A DNA stretch of 64,000 nucleotides from Clostridia bacterium (GTDB lineage Bacteria > Bacillota > Clostridia > Oscillospirales > CAG-272): assembly GCA_017483305.1 (NCBI GenBank), contig JAFULC010000044.1, positions 127,866 through 191,865 of the forward strand, written 5' to 3'. This document shows positions 44,690 to 51,214 of the stretch, in pieces. The notes beneath the pieces were generated by a model. The model was not told the DNA's origin. It searched no databases and saw only the letters and a list, made by a program, of their open reading frames with translations. The stretch's first letter is position 1. Each line of letters begins with the position of its first letter. The translations under genes and the position numbers were made by a program.

Positions 44690-45018
44690 GCGAAATACTT
44701 ACATAGCTTCGTTTCCAAGCATGGCGTTGCACCCCGGAAGATAGCGGTCAAGTGCAACTCCCATCATCGCCAAGGGATAAATCTGCCCTCACGGCAAAAA
44801 TCATGGACTGTTTTTGTACGATAGACTTATATGGATCTGTTTTGTAGTGGTATCACAAACCAAAAGGGATGGCAATCGTCTCTGCATTCTTAGCGGAGAA
44901 ATAGACGGCGGAAGTACCGAGTGTAATAAACGCCGTGTGGCTCAAAACGTTCAGAATCACCGCAAAAAGAAGAAAATCGCCGCATTACAGACGAAGGGCG
45001 TGGCGGCCGAATAAAGAA

Positions 45019-45067
45019 AATAGGCACCGAGCGAGAAATCCCTCTCGCACGGTGCCTATTCTTTTTT
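45019..45067 (+). terminator. Strong nested-hairpin terminator ending an apparently non-coding 330-nt stretch
   Basis: AATAGGCACCG-[GCGAG..CTCGC]-CGGTGCCTATT followed by CTTTTTT. Confidence 0.7.
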
Positions 45068-45178
45068 AGCAAACTCAGAAAGTATTAGAATCTTCTTGAA
45101 CAAGATAAAATTATCGTCAAGTACATCAACTTCTTGCGAAAGTTGGCTAAATTTTATTCAAATTATCTATAAAATCTA

Positions 45179-45233
45179 TTGTAATTTATATAATTATGTG
45201 CTATAATGATAATTGCAAGAACTTATTCTTGCA
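45179..45233 (+). promoter_or_regulatory. Promoter (TTGTAA-17-TATAAT) of the XRE gene plus inverted repeat TGCAAGAA-ctta-TTCTTGCA at the predicted transcription start
   Basis: -35 at 45179-84 and -10 at 45202-07, with the IR at 45214-45233. Confidence 0.65.
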
Positions 45234-45297
45234 CGATAAACAGAAAAATTATGACTATGAATGTTTAAGTCTTTCAAAAAGAGGGAGAGCATCAGCA

Positions 45298-45513
45298 ATG
45301 AAAATCAGTTACAATAAGCTTTGGAAAGTACTCGTGGATAAGAAAATGAGCAAAGCGGATCTTAGACGAGCAACAGAGATGGCTTCCAACACGATGACAA
45401 GCCTAAGACGTGACAAAAAAGTTTCACTCGACGTCTTGCTTCGTATCTGTGAGGCTCTCGATTGTGACATTGGTGATATAATGAGCGTTTATAAAGAGGA
45501 ACAGAACGCATAA
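45298..45513 (+). CDS. XRE-family helix-turn-helix transcriptional regulator (71 aa)
   Basis: MKISYNKLWKVLVDKKMSKADLRRATEMASNTMTSLRRDKKVSLDVLLRICEALDCDIGDIM is a typical short Cro/C1 HTH. GAGGGAGAG RBS. The track's start at 45196 is rejected. Confidence 0.85.
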   Translation: MKISYNKLWKVLVDKKMSKADLRRATEMASNTMTSLRRDKKVSLDVLLRICEALDCDIGDIMSVYKEEQNA

Positions 45514-45573
45514 CACAAGGACGAAAAAAGCCGTCCTTTGAAGCAATAATCTACTTCAGCAGACGGCGTGAAA

Positions 45574-45765
45574 TTATGAATTGGTATCGGTAGGATCGGA
45601 GTCGCTATCGGATATGTTCTCAAGTGCGTATTCCAAGCACTGAACAACGATCTTATTCATAGACGTGTTGTATTTTCCTGCAAGCATCTCGAGCTGTTCA
45701 ACGATGTGTACGGGAATACGGAACGTTTTGTTTACTGATTCAAAGCCTTTTTCAAATTCTAACAT
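45574..45765 (-). CDS. Ribbon-helix-helix (CopG/Arc-like) DNA-binding protein with acidic tail (63 aa)
   Basis: The beta strand FRIPVHIV is followed by helices EQLEMLAGKYNTSMNKIVVQCLEYAL. Confidence 0.6.
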   Translation of the reverse strand: MLEFEKGFESVNKTFRIPVHIVEQLEMLAGKYNTSMNKIVVQCLEYALENISDSDSDPTDTNS

Positions 45766-45840
45766 AATTGCACCTCACTATATACACTATTATGCACTAA
45801 AAATCGCCAAAAATAAATAAGCAAAATATATTCACTTATT

Positions 45841-45859
45841 CTTGCAAAGCGATTGCAAG
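45841..45859. promoter_or_regulatory. Perfect palindrome CTTGCAA-agcga-TTGCAAG in the divergent RHH / operon-1 control region
   Basis: Each arm is a -35-like TTGCAA facing outward. Plus strand reads TTGCAA(45853-58)-17-TATATT(45876-81). It shares the 13-mer ACTTATTCTTGCA with 45221-45233. Confidence 0.6.
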
Positions 45860-45886
45860 CGCATAGATATTATTATATATTAAAAT

Positions 45887-45930
45887 GTCGCTGTAAAAGC
45901 GACCACAATAGGCGAAAAATGTTAGATAAT
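45887..45930 (+). promoter_or_regulatory. GTCGC-N7-GCGAC palindrome exactly 21 nt upstream of a GATAAT hexamer (copy 1)
   Basis: GTCGCtgtaaaaGCGAC at 45887-45903 and GATAAT at 45925-45930. Same architecture at 56274-56317. Confidence 0.55.
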
Positions 45931-45972
45931 TAGAATGAAAATAATACAACCTGATAAAAAGCGGAGGGACGA

Positions 45973-48048
45973 ATGATGGCTGATAAGAAATATAGCGTTA
46001 TTTTAGAAAAGGTTGGCAATCAGCCCCTGATGACTACCAAGATATTATGTGGAGAGTTAGAGCTTGGACTCGCTAAGGCGAAAGGTCTGGTGGACAAGGT
46101 TCCGTCTACCATTGCGACCGATCTTGAAAGCGCAAAGGCTCTTGAACTGAAGAAAAAGCTTGAAGATGCTGGAAATACTGTGTCTATCCCCGGCTTGAAG
46201 ATTGAAGCCGAGCCCACTGCTAAAAAGAATGTGAAGTCGTCAGCGGTATCATCGGACGACGCCTTTGCTGCTATCTTTGGCGGTAGCACAACACCGAAGA
46301 CTACTACTGTCAAAAAGCAAAGCACATCAGGTACGACACCTAAAACAACCGCGGCAAAGGCAGAGCCGAAGAAAACTACGAGCAAAGCCCCGGCTTCCTC
46401 GAGTGATTCCTTTGATTCACTTTTCGGCGGTGCTGCTCCCCAAAAAGAGACAAAAACGCAGCCTAAAGCATCTGTGGCGAAGACTATGCGCAAGGAATAC
46501 AGCAATGGTAGCTACGAAGGTGAGATGAAGGACGGCGAGCCCCACGGATTCGGCACGTACCGTTGGAATGACGGCGACATTTACACAGGTGAGTACGTAA
46601 ACGGCACTCGTCATGGAAAGGGCAAGTTTGTTTTCGCAAGCGGTAACTATTACGATGGCGAATGGGCCAATGGAAAATATCACGGTCATGGCATTTTCCG
46701 TTGGAGCGACGGAGACGAATTTGACGGCGAATGGCAAAATGGCCAGCGCCACGGCAAAGGCAAATGGACATATTCCGACGGCAGATATTATACGGGCGTT
46801 TGGGAAAACGGTGAGAGTATTAGTTCTTCTTCAATCGTATATCCCTCAACCTCAAATGCCACGACTGCAACAAAAACTGCCCCGAAAGCTACAACCACCA
46901 AGGGTCGAATTCAATACGAACACAGCTATTACGAAGGTGACCTCGTGGATGGAATTCAGCACGGCAAAGGCGTGTACGTTTGGGATAACGGAACAAGATA
47001 CGAGGGAGATTTCTTTGAAGGAAATATAACGGGTCGCGGTATTTGTTATTACACAAACGGCAATCGCTTCGAGGGCTGTTGGAAGAATGGCATAAGGAAC
47101 GGTGATGGCACATTTTACGAATATGACGCAGGCATCAAACAGTTTCGTTACAAACACGTAGGCGTATGGTCGAATGGCAAGCGCGAGGGCGTTTTTGAAT
47201 GTTATCTTTATGACGAGGACGATGCGTCTAAGCTGCGCTCTTACGATTTCTATAAAAACGACGAAATGAAGATAGCTTATATGGTGCGTGCATTGTACGA
47301 AAAAGGGATCACCACCAAGGAGGGCGTGCTGCGTTATCACGAGGAGCAGACCTCGCACAGATCGAAAAGAGCCACGCCATCTGTCTCTACCCGATCATCA
47401 AGTTCTAAAGACTATGCACTGGATTGCGCCGACAAAGCAATGCAAGCGTATACCAACAGAGACTATTTCCGAGCGGCTTATTACTTGTATCAATGCGGTA
47501 GTAGTGGAAGCACGTTTTATCGTGACGTAGCAGAAAGATGCTATCATCCCTCGGGTGCTACGGGATATTCGTACGTAGAAAACATCTTAACCGGAGATAG
47601 CTTGGGTAACGTTTCCGACGATGAAATCAATATTTGCGCATTCGTTCTTGACAAATTTGTTCCGAAAGGCACTAAGAACAGCAAAACGTATCGCGCTTGG
47701 TGCTATTATAGATCGGGAGATGTTAAGAAGGCTGCCGGGATGATACCGAATAGGGGCTTGATGTTCTACGACGGAAGGATACAAGACATAAACGAAATCA
47801 TGGGCGGAAAACCGCTTTCCAAAATCACCCCGTATAGCGATGAGATTATGGCAAACCTGCTTATATGTAAATTATGGGCGAAGTTAGATATGGAGCACGA
47901 TTGGGTAAGCCAGCTTCGCAGAAACGAGCATCTCAAGGAGAAGCTTTTGCTTGCGGAAGCATATATAAAATTTGCCAAAAAGGAAAGATGGCAATATGAA
48001 GTTGCCGAGATTGAAAAGGATATGCTCACATTTAAGGCGGCGCTGTGA
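45973..48048 (+). CDS. Ribosomal L7/L12 C-terminal-domain homologue fused to two MORN-repeat blocks and a ~270-aa helical C-terminal domain
   Basis: 691 aa. KYSVILEKVGNQPLMTTKILCGELELGLAKAKGLVDKVPSTIATDLESAKALELKKKLEDAGNTVSI aligns with the L12 CTD consensus (FDVIL..aG.kKI.vIK.VR.iTGLGLKEAKdLVd.aP..v...vsKeeAe.iKkkLEeaGA.V). Thr/Lys-rich linkers. MORN repeats such as YEGEMKDGEPHGFGTYRWNDGDIYTGEYVNGTRHGKGKF. The ATG at 45976 is an alternative start. Confidence 0.8.
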   Translation: MMADKKYSVILEKVGNQPLMTTKILCGELELGLAKAKGLVDKVPSTIATDLESAKALELKKKLEDAGNTVSIPGLKIEAEPTAKKNVKSSAVSSDDAFAAIFGGSTTPKTTTVKKQSTSGTTPKTTAAKAEPKKTTSKAPASSSDSFDSLFGGAAPQKETKTQPKASVAKTMRKEYSNGSYEGEMKDGEPHGFGTYRWNDGDIYTGEYVNGTRHGKGKFVFASGNYYDGEWANGKYHGHGIFRWSDGDEFDGEWQNGQRHGKGKWTYSDGRYYTGVWENGESISSSSIVYPSTSNATTATKTAPKATTTKGRIQYEHSYYEGDLVDGIQHGKGVYVWDNGTRYEGDFFEGNITGRGICYYTNGNRFEGCWKNGIRNGDGTFYEYDAGIKQFRYKHVGVWSNGKREGVFECYLYDEDDASKLRSYDFYKNDEMKIAYMVRALYEKGITTKEGVLRYHEEQTSHRSKRATPSVSTRSSSSKDYALDCADKAMQAYTNRDYFRAAYYLYQCGSSGSTFYRDVAERCYHPSGATGYSYVENILTGDSLGNVSDDEINICAFVLDKFVPKGTKNSKTYRAWCYYRSGDVKKAAGMIPNRGLMFYDGRIQDINEIMGGKPLSKITPYSDEIMANLLICKLWAKLDMEHDWVSQLRRNEHLKEKLLLAEAYIKFAKKERWQYEVAEIEKDMLTFKAAL

Positions 48049-48076
48049 TAGCTTTGATACGGCAGAAGGAGAAATT

Positions 48077-49981
48077 ATGAACGGTGAAGTAATATTATCA
48101 ATATGCGCGATACTGACACTGCTGATTTTCGCAGTGGGTGTGGCGCTCGTCATACTGAATAGAAAGGATCTCAAGCGCGTGGTGCGCGTTCTCGGTGTGT
48201 GCGTCTTTCTGATGCTGATGTCGGGAATCTATCCGTATTATCACGAGGAAACCTATGCCATTGGTCTGACACTGGTTGAGAGTATGTGCGCGATGCTGTT
48301 AAACTCCAATCCCGGAGAGATCCTTGCGGGATTTAACGGCTTTGATGTGGCGTATCTCGGTATTTATAAAACAGCACTCCTCGTGCTCTTAATTATCGCA
48401 CCGCTTTTCACCGTTGGTATTACCTTGTCCTTCTTCTCGGAAAAGTTCACAAGAATAATTTACCGTATCCGCTCGGAGTTCAGCGATTCTTATTTGTTTT
48501 CGGCAATCAACGAGCGTACCCTGTGTATCGCCGAGGACGTTGCCGAAACCGACAGAAAGGCAGTTATCGTTTTTGCCCTGCGCATTTCCGAGGATGATAT
48601 CGATGCAGAATCACTTGCTCGCATTAAGGACATAGGCGCATATATAATAAGCGATGACGTATCGCAGCTGAAGCATAGTCTGCGTCGCACGCGCAATTAT
48701 TACCTTCTTGATACCAACAATAGCGAAAATCTTGAAGCAGGACTGCGAATATACCAAAAGTACAACAAAGAGCATACCGATAAGGTAAATATGTGGATCT
48801 ACACAAAAAATGAGATCACGGAGGTTATCTTCGACTACCTATACGAGACCTTCAACGTCAGACTTATCAATGAGGAAGGACTGATTGCAAGAACTCTTGC
48901 TACCGATTACCCCGTCTTTGACGCGGTTAAGGACGGAAGACTTTCAATATTGATTGTGGGTGGTGGTCATATCGGGCTTGAAATCCTTCGCACTATGACT
49001 ATGTGCTCCTGTCTTGGAGATGACGTTGACGTTGACATCAACGTAATAGACTTGAACGGAGAAAAATCGAGAGATATATTTGAAAAAGACTCCCCCGGTC
49101 TTGCAGATAAATGGAAGGTTAAATTCCATAGCGCAGACGTAAAATCTGTTGCTCTTGCAAAAGTACTTGAAGGCTTAGACCCCTCGTATATCGTGATCTG
49201 CCTTGGCAATGAAACACTTAATATGGAAACCGCAATTTATATTCGCCGTAAATACGGCATCGAGAACGGTCTGCCCCTCATTCACACCCTCGTGGATCAT
49301 AAGAGCATTGACGAGCAGATCATTCCGAATCTTTGCGTTTCGGATTGGAAGTACAATACAGAACACCGAAGATTTGAAAGTACGCCTATTTGCTCATTTG
49401 AAATCAAGACCTTCGGCAGCTACGAGGATACCTACAAGGGACTTCGCATCGGTGCATCCTATCGGGACTGTCTCGCTGTTGCGGTGAACGCCGCTAACCG
49501 CGGTATTACGGCGGTGGATAGTCAAAACAACGCCGAGTGGCTTACCGATCTGTACAACCAGGTTGATTTTTACAAGGATTATTCCGACGCCTTTGCAGTA
49601 TCCATTCCCTATAAGCTGTGGCTTCTCGGTCTTGAGCTTGTTGATGACGGAGACGGAGAGGTTTCGGATCTGGAAAACCTTCTCGAAGCTAATATAGACA
49701 GACTTCGCAGGAACGAAAACAAACGCTATGAAGCTTTTATGCGCAGTAAAGGGTGGACACAGATGATGCCGAGCGAGGTCAGAGACGGAAGAATGGGCAA
49801 TAAGCTTCAAAAGAAGCACGCAAGAATTGATCCGCAGTATACCAAGGAGCTTGAAGAGATGACAGGACGGGATTTTTCTAAGGAGGACGTTCGTTCCATT
49901 ATGAACCTTCCCACCGTGATCCGCATTGCAAATGCTCTTTACGGCAGAAATTATTCTGTCAGAAAAAACAAGATTAAATAA
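48077..49981 (+). CDS. Membrane protein: 4-5 N-terminal TM helices, Rossmann/TrkA-N-like region(s) and a C-terminal RyR-like domain
   Basis: GAAGGAG RBS lies before ATG 48077. LSILIVGGGHIGLEILR is a GxGxxG motif. The C-terminal NENKRYEAFMRSKGWTQ...KKHARIDPQYTKELEEMTGRDFSKEDV resembles bacterial RyR domains (weak). Confidence 0.6.
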   Translation: MNGEVILSICAILTLLIFAVGVALVILNRKDLKRVVRVLGVCVFLMLMSGIYPYYHEETYAIGLTLVESMCAMLLNSNPGEILAGFNGFDVAYLGIYKTALLVLLIIAPLFTVGITLSFFSEKFTRIIYRIRSEFSDSYLFSAINERTLCIAEDVAETDRKAVIVFALRISEDDIDAESLARIKDIGAYIISDDVSQLKHSLRRTRNYYLLDTNNSENLEAGLRIYQKYNKEHTDKVNMWIYTKNEITEVIFDYLYETFNVRLINEEGLIARTLATDYPVFDAVKDGRLSILIVGGGHIGLEILRTMTMCSCLGDDVDVDINVIDLNGEKSRDIFEKDSPGLADKWKVKFHSADVKSVALAKVLEGLDPSYIVICLGNETLNMETAIYIRRKYGIENGLPLIHTLVDHKSIDEQIIPNLCVSDWKYNTEHRRFESTPICSFEIKTFGSYEDTYKGLRIGASYRDCLAVAVNAANRGITAVDSQNNAEWLTDLYNQVDFYKDYSDAFAVSIPYKLWLLGLELVDDGDGEVSDLENLLEANIDRLRRNENKRYEAFMRSKGWTQMMPSEVRDGRMGNKLQKKHARIDPQYTKELEEMTGRDFSKEDVRSIMNLPTVIRIANALYGRNYSVRKNKIK

Positions 49982-50006
49982 AATATAAAAAAGCGAGGAA
50001 ATGATA

Positions 50007-50633
50007 ATGGATATTATTAATGGGGTTAGAGAACTTTGTAAGGGCGAAAACGGTTTCGTAAATATGTTTGACAAGGCAAAAAGCGGCGGTAAGCTTGGAC
50101 AACTCACTGACGGCGACCGAGAAGCTGACCTTTTTGAAACGCTTCTTTACGGCAGCGCAAGAGAGACTCTCGTCGAAATGATAAACGATGCCTACAATTT
50201 CAAGCAATATGCGGTAGAGGCACACGGCTTGCTTGTGGAAGACGGTCTTGATGCTATGGATGCCAAGAGAGCGCTTGAGATATTCTTTATAGCATTTGGC
50301 TTCCCCGGATACAGAACTATGGGAGCACAGGAAACCATCGTTGACGAGAGCGGAAACTCTAAAACTGTGTATGAGGGTGAGGTAAAGAACGGCAAGCCTC
50401 ACGGATGCGGTTCGCGCAACTTCTATTACGAAGGAAAATGGTCTGCTCTTGACGAATGTGTATGGATTGACGGTATAATGATTGGCTATGATTATGCCAA
50501 AGAGCTCGAATTCGACGCATTTGAAGATCAGAAAATTGGCTTCGTTATTAACGATCGCTTCGTAGGAAATATAAGAATTATTGCAAGTGACGGCGAGGAA
50601 TTCGACGACGGCGGTACAAAGTTTACCGTTTAA
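50007..50633 (+). CDS. Hypothetical protein with a short MORN-like segment
   Basis: YEGEVKNGKPHGCGSRNFYYEGKW. GAGGAA RBS favours ATG 50007 over 50001. The antisense ORF 49974-50639 is rejected. Confidence 0.6.
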   Translation: MDIINGVRELCKGENGFVNMFDKAKSGGKLGQLTDGDREADLFETLLYGSARETLVEMINDAYNFKQYAVEAHGLLVEDGLDAMDAKRALEIFFIAFGFPGYRTMGAQETIVDESGNSKTVYEGEVKNGKPHGCGSRNFYYEGKWSALDECVWIDGIMIGYDYAKELEFDAFEDQKIGFVINDRFVGNIRIIASDGEEFDDGGTKFTV

Positions 50634-50666
50634 AATCACACATTACTTATGCTTTAAGGAGTTATT

Positions 50667-51065
50667 GTGAGCAATTTAAAATGCTTGAAAAAGGCAAATG
50701 AGGGTGACACCGAGGCTATGCGCATTGGTGAGAAGCTCTATAATTTGCAGGATGCGACCGAGGATGAGGTAGAGGCAGGTACGCTTTGCCTTAACAAATG
50801 GTATGTAGAGCGCAAATATAAAACTCAGGTATGCGAGCCCGGTCGTTCAAGTCCTTATTACGATATGAGAAGCGAAATGCAGGAGCTCTCTTTTGAAGAA
50901 TTGATCTTCAATGGAGGAGAATGCATTGGAGCATACCACGACGAGCTGGTTTTCCTGTTCGACGATGAAAAAACTCATTATCATCAAAAGTATCTTGGTG
51001 AAATGAAGATCAGCTACGACCAAGGAATCGATTTCTACGACTATTACTATCTGCACATCAGATGA
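50667..51065 (+). CDS. Hypothetical protein (132 aa), GTG start
   Basis: AAGGAG lies 5 nt before GTG 50667. The N-terminal KKANEGDTEAM resembles a Sel1 half-repeat. Confidence 0.5.
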   Translation: MSNLKCLKKANEGDTEAMRIGEKLYNLQDATEDEVEAGTLCLNKWYVERKYKTQVCEPGRSSPYYDMRSEMQELSFEELIFNGGECIGAYHDELVFLFDDEKTHYHQKYLGEMKISYDQGIDFYDYYYLHIR

Positions 51066-51085
51066 TGCAGTGAAAGGAGCAGACT

Positions 51086-51214
51086 ATGTTTGATGCTATG
51101 AAGGTTAAAAATGATTGCGTAAACTGGATACGAGAGTTCTTCCGTGAGAACGGTCCCGACTGTAATGCCGTTCTCGGCATTGAAATTGTAAACCGGGAGG
51201 GATACATAAAATGA
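51086..51214 (+). pseudogene. 42-codon ORF that looks like the N-terminal stub of an NH3-dependent NAD+ synthetase (PP-loop ATPase), ending just before the SGGxDS motif
   Basis: MFDAMKVKNDCVNWIREFFRENGPDCNAVLGIEIVNREGYIK. The VNWIRE..(6-7 aa)..AVLGI pattern matches NadE N-termini (..wlr......g.k.vvlGlSGGiDS). AAAGGAG RBS. Its stop overlaps the next start (ATGA). Confidence 0.4.

Noticed and set aside
49974-50639. 221-aa minus-strand ORF overlapping the 50007-50633 plus-strand gene.
   Set aside because: The plus-strand frame has an RBS, fits the co-directional operon and contains a MORN-like segment. The minus-strand product is an implausible hydrophobic, Cys-rich string without a start context.
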